From contig CM119371.1 in assembly GCA_051294905.1 (NCBI GenBank), positions 19,036,001-19,100,000 of the forward strand: a stretch of 64,000 nt of DNA. The letters run 5' to 3'. The notes below the pieces were generated by a model. The model had not been told where the DNA came from and searched no databases. It saw only the letters and a program-made list of their open reading frames with translations. Position numbers and translations under genes: made by a program. The number at the start of each line of letters is the position of its first letter. Position 1 is the first letter of the stretch. The stretch comes from Botryllus schlosseri (Eukaryota). This document shows positions 9,947-21,784 of the stretch, in pieces.

Positions 9947-10213
9947 CTATTGACTAGAGGAAGTACTGTTGACAAATATTAGATCAGGCAAGGATGCGTT
10001 GAAAAAGACTGTAGGTCCTGGCGGCGTATTCGTGGTTTTGACGTAAGCAGTGGGTTCGCTGCTATTTGATCCCAAAAATACGTTCAACAGATTAGAAAAC
10101 GCTCCAGGCGATACGTGCAGATAAATTGCTGCCAATATTATCAGGAGAGATACAGACGAGGAAAGCAAGGATACAACAAGTACAAGTTTTACGATAGTCG
10201 TCTTAGAAAGCAT
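9947..10213 (-). CDS. Small predicted single-pass membrane protein, 88 aa, upstream of gag
   Basis: ATG 28 nt after the PBS, long hydrophobic N-terminal segment, three N-x-S/T sequons; stops 8 nt before the gag ATG. Confidence 0.55.
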   Translation of the reverse strand: MLSKTTIVKLVLVVSLLSSSVSLLIILAAIYLHVSPGAFSNLLNVFLGSNSSEPTAYVKTTNTPPGPTVFFNASLPDLIFVNSTSSSQ

Positions 10214-10240
10214 CGATTGGTCAACGTCTTAGCACCGGAA

Positions 10241-10260
10241 GATCCCCGTACTGGCCACCA
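10241..10260 (-). promoter_or_regulatory. Primer binding site complementary to the tRNA-Ile(AAU) 3' end
   Basis: Minus strand TGGTGGCCAGTACGGGGATC. The plus strand GATCCCCGTACTGGCCACCA matches, from memory, the 3' end of metazoan tRNA-Ile including CCA. Confidence 0.8.
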
Positions 10261-12459
10261 ATTTTGTTTTTATATTGCAGCTCCACAACGATTGTTATGC
10301 GAGTAGTCCACACTTGTTCGGGTTACTTCCTAGTAAAGCGTTGCCTTTCGTTTGCTTTAGTATCTTGACGACGTCTGTAAATGGTGATTGGAGCAACAAA
10401 AGTTGTAGGATTGTTTCTTCTCAAGTTGACAATGACCCTGGGGTCCAGAATTTTAATCTACCCTTATCTACTGATAATCTAGAACCTTAATACAACCAAA
10501 TACTCCAATCATTATCAACCAATTATGGACACAAAAATAGGGCGCTTCTATAAATATCGTCCCGCACGGGTCTATCAGAATACGAGTAAAAGCTAGGCCT
10601 ATAAATATGTCATGCATGATTGATAACTTTTCAATACTCCAAGGTTAGTTTACACATATAAATGTGAAGGCCTTTCCTGCCTCGACACACAAGCATATGC
10701 AATATACAAGAAACATGCCAATAGATGTTACAAAAAATACACTCAGAGTTCAAGTTGACCAACTTGCAGACTCGTGTATTATAAGAGTTCTCCAGTCTTC
10801 CAGCTGCAGGTATAGAACCGAAAGCAGTCCAGAAACCGACCCCTTGTTGAGTACTTTACATCATCAAGTACTTTCGTGTCGATTCGGGGATCGGGCATTC
10901 CAACAGAAGGCGGCGTTTGTTGAGGGTTCGTCGTAGGCAGAGATTCCGAATGCAATATCTCTATACTCTTGGCTCTTTTCATCTTTAGTTCATCGACTTC
11001 ATGGAGCTATTCCAGCACATTTCATTTGGCTTCTCCATTTCTGTATACTTTGCAACTTCGGCTAGCAGTCAATCCCATTTTATTGCACTGCTTTATTTCT
11101 GTATACTTTGCAACTGTGGCAAGCAGCCGATCCAATCATTATAAGGTCAAGAGCTTCCAGGGGGACATGCGAACATCACCCTTCAATGCCGAAAGACTTT
11201 AGAACCTCCCGCAATCAATCGTCAATATACTGTTTTGTGGATATAGTCTGATACTGGATGCTTCGTTTTGGGCTGTGTTTCGAGAGTGCTGGACTGCTGG
11301 TGGCTTTACATTGGTAGAGCCAGAAATTAGCCAACACTAGAGGACACATTCATGATGTCTGCATTGGTAGTCATTGGATATTACAACTGAATGTACAATT
11401 CATGTGGGCACCATACATGGCATGGATATGCAATATGCATACACACATGTATTACATACACTTCAGCTCACTGCAAAAGTTCGCATACATGGAAAAATGG
11501 TGGCGCCATTTTCGGTAAAGCAACCTGATGGTATAGCTAACTACTAACATGCATACGACAATTCCAGATAAGCACAAAGTGCTATCAACACAACGGCTAA
11601 ATCTACAAAGCATATTCGACTGTTCATTCAATAACCCATGCGCGAATTCGAAATACAAAATGGCGGCATTTTTGTTAACTCAACACGATAGTGAGTATCG
11701 GCAATTATAAAGTTCGAACACGTTCTGTTAATTTAGCGTTGACGCAATCGATCTCATGAAACGAAAGCGTGAACCCTGGGACTCAATATTCGACACATCA
11801 ATTTCGCAAAAACTGATGTGTGTATTTTTCTATTGTATCTAAGAATTTTTGTTTTTAATTCTATTGAGAGTTATTTAGGGTGATTATATCTGTTGCTTAC
11901 GCAACGGCAATTCTTCTTACTAACGGCTCATATGGGCAGCCTCATGACTACAGAAGTCACCTCTATTTTTTCGGTTACTATAATTCCTTACCTTAACAAT
12001 TTGGAGGGGCAGTGTAGGCATTCTCTGAAATATAAGATTTGCAGTGCCTATAGTTGAGAGCTTAAATTTACGACCTTTTACTTTGTATAGCTACAATCCC
12101 TGAAGCGCGGATTTATGCATTTGAAACTCAGTGACAATGCGGCTCGTTTTGGAAAGGCACGAACTCACACCGGCGTTTCCACGCTATTGAATTGTGAACA
12201 GTCCACCGTATTATATTTATGTTAGCATCTTGGCACATAAGGGAGGCTTGAGAACGGTACGACTTTGATAGTCGTAGCTTTCACACATTAAAGCGGATCA
12301 ATAAATTCGTAGCTCATCAAATTTCAACGTACACAAACTAGAATAGTTGCGCCTCAATGTAGGAATCGTCACATACATATGACTAGCGCATTCCTAACTT
12401 TCAAGTCCTTTTTCTAGATAGGGCGTCTTGCGCAAAGTCGTTATTGTTCAACAATTATC

Positions 12460-12494
12460 CGGCCCGCAACGTAATATGAGTTTGACACCCCTGG
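12460..12494 (-). repeat. Isolated hAT/Charlie-type MITE end
   Basis: Reverse complement CAGGGGTGTCAAACTC...GCGGGCCGG; partner end not found. Confidence 0.4.
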
Positions 12495-14453
12495 GAGTTG
12501 TCTATGCGGCTCGGACCTCATTGTCGCAAATACTTGGCGTTGAATTATTGTGCCAAAGTGCCTAAATTAGGACACGACGAAGCAAGCTATACGCAAAAGC
12601 ACAGCTAATGTTTTAGAACTTTAGACTAAGTGAAAAAAACCAATTGACCTTTAATATCAGTGTGCCAAAGTTTGAGTGTCCGGTGTGTTATAATCATGAA
12701 CTTATTTGCGGGAACATGCACAGATTATACCAGAAGCCTGATATATACTCCATTCCGAATCGAATCACTCACATACTTGATATGGACCAGCCCTAATCAC
12801 AAGTCATTGCGATGACCGGTAATGCCGAAGAATATAAGTATCACGGATTAACGTATTCATTTTATTTCCGCAATGTACGCATTAATCTTAGTAACAGTCG
12901 TGATGCTTGAGATCACTTGCGACTGCATGGTGACATGGCATCTGTCCTATAAAACTATAAACCTAGCATAGAACCCAGTAGTTTGCCACAGGCTAAATCG
13001 AATCCCCCAGTGTGGCGATTCCAACCGATACGCTGCAATGCGTCATATTATGCCATTGCAAGCAATGCCCAAAAGGATATTGGAATCAGATGCCAAAATC
13101 ATACGGCGAAGATGCCATTTTCAGTTTATATGTAAGGAACAGCTATAATAGCAAAAGGTGTCGACAGCAGGCTGATACCATAAATCATAAAATTCCAGAC
13201 CTACTGTCATTATGTGCCGCAAATAATTGTATTTGCAAACGTCTTTAGCAGGGATTGGCAGTACTTTAATAGACACAGGCAAAATTATGAGTGAGCGAGT
13301 GTTTGGCGGGCCGAAATTTTATTGTGTGGTATATTTTATGCTTATATCAGTATATTATACTATCTGATGCAATCTCAATCATCCCAACCGCAAGACACAA
13401 GCATTTATACTTCAGCAACGCAGAATGAATGCAATAATTGGTGCAGCTTGCTTTACGAGAGATCATCAACTTCTGACAATAGGTCAGGTGAAGCAAGAGT
13501 CAGACCATATTCCATATAGGCTTCCCAAATTCGTGATATTAGCTTGTTCTTTCATAATTTTGGTGTTCAAAACTATTGATCACATGCGTATATATAATAC
13601 TAAAATCAATGTAATCTTGTTTGCATTATTGGTCACTTGGCAAGGATAGATTTAAGGACGTACTCTCTATAGTGATGTGCTCCTTGTGTTGTTTTTGTCA
13701 TTAATTTCTACTGCATAGCCTTTCCGAAGGCTCACTTTATTTTTACAGACCAGTTATTTAGCGTTTATATTGAGTTAGTAACGAGTGTTTTAAAATTTAT
13801 TTGGTATGGTAGAGGTGTCAATGAAGCGAGTGATTATAATTAAGTCTCATATCATATTTATAAATGCCACGTTGATTTTCTCTCTCCCCTTTATAGGAAA
13901 GTGAGCATCAGTTTCTTTGTACTGTCAAGGTTTTCCTAGGCGCCGATTTAATTAGAATAAGTCTATATTTCTCATATATCCAGTTGTTATACCCAAAGTA
14001 GCAAATTCTAGTTGTTCAGATGTGACACTTAAAAGTGTTAGAAGATTAAGATGAGATACCTATTTTTTTGTAAAATTATTAGTCTGAGATGTTTATAGTT
14101 CAAGCAAAGTTGCCGTTTTATTTCACAGCTCATTACTCCATGCAAGTATAGCTACTTGATTTAATACGCGAACAGGGAATATATTCATCCTTTCGTTCTA
14201 TTGATTCAATGCTTCTGGTTACCAGCATAACATTGATGGCGATTCAGTTAGAGAGACAGAATTATTTTAAAATTGTTTTTCATTCCACTCGATTAGTCAG
14301 CACTGATGTATTATATTCCGCCCAGATATTCTTCATCACCTATTTCAACCTTTTTTGTTCTATGACGTCCATTTGTATGATAAAATGGTGGTCATGATCT
14401 TTTCTCATCAAAGTATTGGGCCAGGTGATTTCTCGTGAGGGGTCGGATACAGC

Positions 14454-14656
14454 CAGTGTTGGGATCAAGTCACTACCCTCGAGTCACGAGTCATCTCGAG
14501 CCATTGCACATCCTAACTCGAGTCAAGTCAAGCCAACCGATTCCTGAAGGTGACTCGAGTCAAGCCAAGTCACTCGTTTTTTGGAGGTGACTCGAGTCAA
14601 GTCGAGCCAAGTCAAGCCAAGCCACGAAAAAGTCGACCCGAGTCTTCCCAACACTG
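14454..14656. mobile_element. hAT-type MITE, 203 bp
   Basis: TIR CAGTGTTGGGA/TCCCAACACTG, perfect 8-bp TSD GATACAGC, internal GACTCGAGTC/CAAGT motifs. Confidence 0.9.
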
Positions 14657-17600
14657 GATACAGCCCCTGCCTATAGCTATGTGGCATAGGATCATACAAC
14701 TGATAACATCACGTATCAACGAGGGTTTTAATATCTTAGGTGACTTACCAAGAGACAATTAATTTGCTAAAACAAATTAAAAACGACCATCATTAAATGT
14801 CGTAATGCTATTGTCTATAAGATTTGACTAACTTGTCATTAATCTTAGTCAACTTCTTTTCAAACCCTGCTAGCTTTCTAGACTCTTCATGCTGTTCAGC
14901 TCTGTGTAGGGTGAACTGAATTTTCTGTTCTTACGCTTCGAGTTATATTCAGTTATGAGCGGAAGATCGTTGACATGCCTGCATCCGCCCCCCATCTTTA
15001 CGAGCGATAAATTATTTTCGGAAAGTAGGGACTGACGCACATCCGAACATTCATCAAGCAAAATTTTGTCGCTATCATTTGTACTACGGCGTGACTAAAC
15101 CACCCACTGCAATCAAATTTCACCATTTTGCTGCAGTTAATTATTTCCTATGAGTCAATCTACCCCTGCAACGTTTCCTTTCCCACCGCCTTCTGCAAAA
15201 TTATTTTGCAAAAGTTTCGCAATTTGATTCCAAATTCGCATATTGACGCATTACATAAACAGCACTTGGCTCTGTTACCCAATCCGCAACTTCCTTAGTT
15301 ACATCAATTATTTTTTCTCTTGTTATGCAATTCGTAGTTTTGCTAGTTATGTAATTCTTAATTTTACTTATTACGCAATTCACATTTTTTTTCTTATTCT
15401 GCAATTCGCATTTGTGCTTGTTACGCAAGTCGCAATCTTCGGCCAGTTCGCGCGAATTAAATTTACTTTCCACAGACTTAACCAGGGCCGAAATCAGAAA
15501 AAAACTTCTCCATTTTTAAAAACCCGATGTTATACTTGTAACAGTCACTGTTAACTCCCTAGCGCCCGAAACTACTAAAACCTACTTCGTTCAAAACGTG
15601 GTTTTTCGTGTATATAGTGTAGTTATCATCATATGTGTATGATTTTGACTCACAATATCGTCCTTTCACACATTATTAGTCAATCCAAGTTCTACAATTT
15701 AGCGGAAAACACTCCTGTTTGGGGCAAGTTGTCCGCAGAATCTGTCACGAGGTTCAGTAACTTCTCAAAGGGTCGTAAGGAGGTTAGGACTTGGGTATCT
15801 CTAACCACGCCACCATCGCCAATCGAAAGACAGCGAGCAACAAACCGGTGGGCTCGACAGCGGTAATCACCCACGGAATGCTAGGCGACTGAACCCTTCC
15901 TTGCCACGTAACATTTAGGTACAAAGCCCCTTCTGTCGAGCACCATAATACAACATCAATTACCAAGGTAGACTAATTCAGTAGGCTAATGGTGTTGTTA
16001 TTTATCCGTTCCAATATTCGAAGATAAATCTATATTTAGACTTCAATAGATTTTGGTGAACATTAAATCTTTCCACGGCCGCAAAACTTCAACGCGACAG
16101 AACCCACTATGCGCGACGCAACCGCACGCCCGCACTAATCCGCCGTCACACAACCCCGACAATCCATGCCAAGTGCAACTACCCCTCTATTCAGCTATTC
16201 CAAAATGTACCTTTTTCTCGTGACAGGCGCAAATGTTGCTATAGTACATAATACATTTACAATGTGTGTGGAATCTGCACAGTTCAAATTCAAAATATGG
16301 TCGACACCACGCATATTAATTCTAGTTATTGTTATTGTAAAACCATGTACTTTTTTGCCTAAACTGCAAAGGGTAAGTTGTTGATAGTTCGCATTCTACC
16401 ATTTTGAGCTATACTACTTTATGGCCTTTCAACAGAATACCTATTCATAACTGCCTGCACCGCACAAGAGATTTCCGGCAATTTTTGTGGAAATCGGTAC
16501 TTTAATTCAATTATTGATCTTACGCGCAGTCGTGACTGGTGCTATGTACATACTGTTTTGTTACTGACATATGTCAGAATTACCACTCTTCTTTGTGTAC
16601 TCGAATGCACGATGTAGCGCATTGTGTAATGCAATTTACTTACACTAAACCAAAGCCGCGAAACAAGCGGTATTCACTTCGTGTCGTTAGACAGCAGTAG
16701 TTGTAAAAACCAAATTGACAGAAGTGTTGGAAAATCAACTCACCCGACACAAAAACCTACCCACTGGTTCCGAAATATCTAATGCAAATGGTGATGCGGT
16801 ATGCACGCATAACCACCTGCATTCATGCAGCTTACAACACCGACCATGATAACAATTTAGAATTGCTGTTAATACTTTTTGGCCACAACTATTCACTCGC
16901 TAGCCAATAGTTAGAATTCACGAGTTACTGATAAAGCAGTAAGTTACCGAATGTTTGGGGGACCAGTATGGTAGACATTGGTGGGGTTACTTCTTAGTCA
17001 CTTGGGCAATTAAATTAACGACTATTAGTTCAGCGGGCCTTTCAAGATTTTTCTATTTATTAGCATATTCGTCAAGCAAAGTCCGCTGCAACAGATATAT
17101 TTTCCGTGAGCATTCAAAGCTAGTGTTTTCCGTAACTTTGCGGTTTGTTAGATCACGCAATTCTACATTATAATGTCAGCTAATTTCAATTTGGATTCAA
17201 AAGTGCACATTCCCACTGTGTGCGTTCACCTTTGACCAAAAGTGATCGTCAGACTGTGGTGTGAACACACACGTCTTCATAGATATGCCATTCCAATAAC
17301 GTGCATATTGCGTAGCTTTGTACTGAATGCTTAATATGTTGCGATGTGGAAAATGGAGGTTTCAAAGCTTCCATAGTTGAAAATAATATCGCTCAGACGG
17401 TAGACAGACATAAAATTAGCACCAACAATCTCCCCCACCTTCAAGAAATACAATTATTAATTCATTAGTTCAATTATTTCGTCTTTATTATTGACGATTT
17501 TAATTTGTCCTGCAAAGCAATAGCTGTTATTTACGTTTACTGGTTATTACGACGAGTAACACCCCTAATATATTTTCTAGTACTGTTTTTGCAGTACTTG

Positions 17601-18640
17601 GACCAACTCGATATTCTCAGCACTATGTTATGTGCTGTGGTCGTTGCGAATAGTATTATTATTATTATTTGGTCCCTGGTCTAATCGTCGCAAATATTAT
17701 GTTCGCAGTTGGCGTCCAGCTCTCCGTCACGTCGTTTCGGCCCAATGTTGTTGGAACATTCTGGCCATCCCCTGACGAAATGAATCTGGTTAATTTGGTA
17801 CTTACCTTCCGACCTTGATCTCGGGTATGATAGTCCGCCCTGGTGCTGAAGTGTTTCTTGCTTGTGACGTAGTTGTTCGTTTCGATTTTTCTGGCCACTT
17901 GTATTGTGTCAGGCACTTCGTCATGGTGTTGAGTTGTTGTTACGAGACGATTGATTACACGGATTGGTTGCGTATAGGGCTCAGTTTCGAACGTATTGCG
18001 CACCCGCGCTTTTAATACTGGACTTGACATTCTACGTAGCTCGGTCAGAACCGGGGTATCAATTTGGGATGATTTTATTCTACCAGAACTGAGCGGTCCA
18101 GACGATAGAACCGCGGCTGGAACCATGATCGCTACAATAGCACCGCTTGTGGCTCGAATATTGACGTTTTGGTCTATTTTGTTCAGGTGTCTCATCGGAA
18201 ATGCTTGTGGTGTTTATTCGTGTGACATTTGTGTACTGCCCCTGACGGGACCAAGCGCAGTACATTGTATGTCCTTCTTTGACGGCCTGCGTAGATATGC
18301 GTAGGCAAACAGCACAACACGTGTGGACTATCAGATCCCTACCGCCATGTGCGGGGCTAACGTCGTTTTTCTCGACAACTCATAACTCTACGATTCTCTC
18401 CCATTTGATCCCGTGCTATTCATATGGCAGGGTGGTTTTTTTCACTTGTTCCTTACTAGACCTAGCGATTCTTCCACCCTTAATTCAATGTATATGTGCA
18501 ACACTTCCAATCCTACAACACACCCACTTTCTGATGCAACAACTATTGCCGTAGTAATCTCCGGGTACTTATTTCACTAGTACCGAAAATAAAGCACAGC
18601 AATCGAATTGATCGAGTTTGTGCGGAAAAAAAATGCAAAA

Positions 18641-18759
18641 GCCTACATGCACCCGGTATTCCCAGCCGGTCACCCACGCAAGTACTAACTGAGCCCAACG
18701 CCGCTTAACTTCCGAGATCAGACGAGATCGGGTGTATTCAACGTGGTATGGTCGTAGGC
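18641..18759 (-). rRNA. RNA5S: 5S rRNA type A
   Basis: GCCTACGACCATACCACGTTGAATACACCCGATCTCGTCTGATCTCGGAAGTTAAGC...GCATGTAGGC then TTTT; boxes A and C present. Confidence 0.92.
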
Positions 18760-19187
18760 GACAGTGGATACAATCTGTGCCGTTTTACGTGACATTTTTC
18801 GTTCATCTCAGGCGAAAAGTCGCCACGCTGCCAACGATGAGACGCCTGAAAAGCAGATTGTCTGATTGCGCCAAGGCACTTTCGGCCCAATAACTGGAAA
18901 CAAAAGTCTGCTAGCGGTCGAATATCATTGGCGTCCTGCTCTGTTCTTGTATCTGGTCAACAAACACACAAGTAAGCTCTCGCTGTCAGAGTAGTTATTT
19001 TATTGCACTTTTCGTCATGTGAAAACAGCACGAGATTTCGATATAATGACAATGTGTTAGGCCTAGTATAACTACAAATTGAAATAAGCGGCGGCCAGCA
19101 AATGATGACATTCATAGTTGTACGTAGGCCTACGTGCGCATACAAAACAGTTGCAAGCAAATTGATCGTGTTTGCGCGACAAAAATA

Positions 19188-19305
19188 GCCTTCTACACCC
19201 GGTATTCCGAGCCGGTCACCCATGCAAGTACTAACCGGGCCCAACGTTGCTCGACTTCCGAGATCGGACGAGATCGGGTATATTCAACGTGGTATGGTGG
19301 TAGGC
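19188..19305 (-). rRNA. RNA5S: 5S rRNA type B
   Basis: 3' end GTGTAGAAGGC then TATTTTT; a few private substitutions. Confidence 0.88.
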
Positions 19306-19663
19306 AAGTGTGGTTACCAATTCTGACGTTTTATGTTGACAATTTCCGTCGCCATGCTGTCGACGAGACGCCAGAAAAGCAGATTGTCTGATTGCGCTGG
19401 GGCATTTTCAGCCCGTCTGCCAGCGTTCGAATATCGTTGGCATCCTGCTCTGTTCTTGTATCTTGTGGACAAACACACAATTAAGCTCTCGCTGTCAGAG
19501 TAGTTATTTTATTGTACTTTCTGTCATGTCAAAACAGTACGAGAGTTTGATATAATGAAAATGTGTTAGGCCGATTACAATTCCAAATTTCGCGCGATAG
19601 TTCATTTGAAAATAAAGCACAGCAATCGAATTGATCGAGTTTGTGCGGAAAAAAAATGCAAAA

Positions 19664-19782
19664 GCCTACGTGCACCCGGTATTCCCAGCCGGTCACCCAT
19701 GCAAGTACTAACTGAGCCCAACGCCGCTTAACTTCCGAGATCAGACGAGATCGGGTGTATTCAACGTGGTATGGTCGTAGGC
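19664..19782 (-). rRNA. RNA5S: 5S rRNA type A
   Basis: Array copy. Confidence 0.9.
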
Positions 19783-20210
19783 GACAGTGGATACAATCTG
19801 TGCCGTTTTACGTGACATTTTTCGTTCATCTCAGGCGAAAAGTCGCCACGCTGCCAACGATGAGACGCCTGAAAAGCAGATTGTCTGATTGCGCCAAGGC
19901 ACTTTCGGCCCAATAACTGGAAAGAAAAGTCTGCTAGCGGTCGAATATCATTGGCGTCCTGCTCTGTTCTTGCATCTGGTCAACAAACACACAAGTAAGC
20001 TCTCGCTGTCAGAGTAGTTATTTTATTGCACTTTTCGTCATGTGAAAACAGCACGAGATTTCGATATAATGACAATGTGTTAGGCCTAGTATAACTACAA
20101 ATTGAAATAAGCGGCGGCCAGCAAATGATGACATTCATAGTTGTACGTAGGCCTACGTGCGCATACAAAACAGTTGCAAGCAAATTGATCGTGTTTGCGC
20201 GACAAAAATA

Positions 20211-20328
20211 GCCTTCTACACCCGGTATTCCCAGCCGGTCACCCTCGCAAGTACTAACTGAGCCCAACGTCGCTTAAATTCCGGGATCAGACGAGATCGG
20301 GTGTATTCAACGTGGTATGGTCGTAGGC
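20211..20328 (-). rRNA. RNA5S: 5S rRNA A/B chimera
   Basis: Type A body with type B 3' end. Confidence 0.85.
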
Positions 20329-20756
20329 GACAGTGGATACAATCTGTGCCGTTTTACGTGACATTTTTCGTTCATCTCAGGCGAAAAGTCGCCACGCTGC
20401 CAACGATGAGACGCCTGAAAAGCAGATTGTCTGATTGTGCCAAGGCACTTTCGGCCCAATAACTGGAAAGAAAAGTCTGCTAGCGGTCGAATATCATTGG
20501 CGTCCTGCTCTGTTCTTGTATCTGGTCAACAAACACACAAGTAAGCTCTCGCTGTCAGAGTAGTTATTTTATTGCACTTTTCGTCATGTGAAAACAGCAC
20601 GAGATTTCGATATAATGACAATGTGTTAGGCCCAGTATAACTACAAATTGAAATAAGCGGCAGCCAGCAAATGATGACATTCATAGTTGTACGTAGGCCT
20701 ACGTGCGCATACAAAACAGTTGCAAGCAAATTGATCGTGTTTGCGCGACAAAAATA

Positions 20757-20874
20757 GCCTTCTACACCCGGTATTCCCAGCCGGTCACCCATGCAAGTAC
20801 TAACCGGGCCCAACGTTGCTCGACTTCCGAGATCGGACGAGATCGGGTATATTCAACGTGGTATGGTCGTAGGC
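20757..20874 (-). rRNA. RNA5S: 5S rRNA type B
   Basis: Array copy. Confidence 0.9.
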
Positions 20875-21232
20875 AAGTGTGGTTACCAATTCTGACGTTT
20901 TATGTTGACAATTTCCGTCGCCATGCTGTCGACGAGACGCCAGAAAAGCAGATTGTCTGATTGCGCTGGGGCATTTTCAACCCGTCTCCCAGCGTTCGAA
21001 TATCGTTGGCATCCTGCTCTGTTCTTGTATCTTGTGGACAAACACACAATTAAGCTCTCGCTGTCAGAGTAGTTATTTTATTGTACTTTCTGTCATGTCA
21101 AAACAGTACGAGAGTTTGATATAATGAAAATGTGTTAGGCCGATTACAATTCCAAATTTCGCGCGATAGTTCATTTGAAAATAAAGCACAGCAATCGAAT
21201 TGATCGAGTTTGTGCGGAAAAAAAATGCAAAA

Positions 21233-21351
21233 GCCTACATGCACCCGGTATTCCCAGCCGGTCACCCACGCAAGTACTAACTGAGCCCAACGCCGCTTAA
21301 CTTCCGAGATCAGACGAGATCGGGTGTATTCAACGTGGTATGGTCGTAGGC
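21233..21351 (-). rRNA. RNA5S: 5S rRNA type A
   Basis: Array copy. Confidence 0.9.
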
Positions 21352-21784
21352 GACAGTGGATACAATCTGTGCCGTTTTACGTGACATTTTTCGTTCATCT
21401 CAGGCGAAAAGTCGCCACGCTGCCAACGATGAGACGCCTGAAAAGCAGATTGTCTGATTGCGCCAAGGCACTTTCGGCCCAATAACTGGAAAGAAAAGTC
21501 TGCTAGCGGTCGAATATCATTGGCGTCCTGCTCTGTTCTTGTATCTGGTCAACAAACACACAAGTAAGCTCTCGCTGTCAGAGTAGTTATTTTATTGCAC
21601 TTTTCGTCATGTGAAAACAGCACGAGATTTCGATATAATGACAATGTGTTAGGCCTAGTATAACTACAAATTGAAATAAGCGGCGGCCAGCAAATGATGA
21701 CATTTATAGTTGTACGTAGGCCTACGTGCGCATACAAAACAGTTGCAATCTAATTGATCGAGTTTGTGCGACAAAAATGCAAAA

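Larger units (their letters stand above)
6164..18584. mobile_element. 12.4-kb TIR DNA element with Merlin-like ends, no transposase recognised
   Basis: TIRs GGAACTAGTGAACTATATGCCCG and GGTACTAGTGAAATAAGTACCCG (18/23). 8-bp TSD GAAAATAA at 6156-6163 and 18585-18592, confirmed against empty sites in other array units. Confidence 0.88.

Noticed and set aside
8239..9957. Short ORFs overlapping gag
   Set aside because: Antisense or alternate-frame shadows with no motifs.
10241..10260. tRNA-Ile gene
   Set aside because: Only the 3' 20 nt with encoded CCA are present, upstream of gag. That is a PBS, not a gene.
6164..10700. Complete LTR retrotransposon
   Set aside because: No second LTR, polypurine tract, RT YxDD context or integrase core was found. 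Only a possible integrase-tail-like RTRSGVVRRP near 6470-6500.
10600..18500. Transposase of the 12.4-kb element
   Set aside because: No long ORF or Merlin-type DDE motif recognised. A spliced or decayed gene cannot be excluded without an HMM search.
18760..19187. Known spliced-leader or U snRNA gene in the 5S spacer
   Set aside because: No match to the leader or U1/U2/U5/U6 sequences I know, and the GTAAG donor-like site is not kept in the B spacer.
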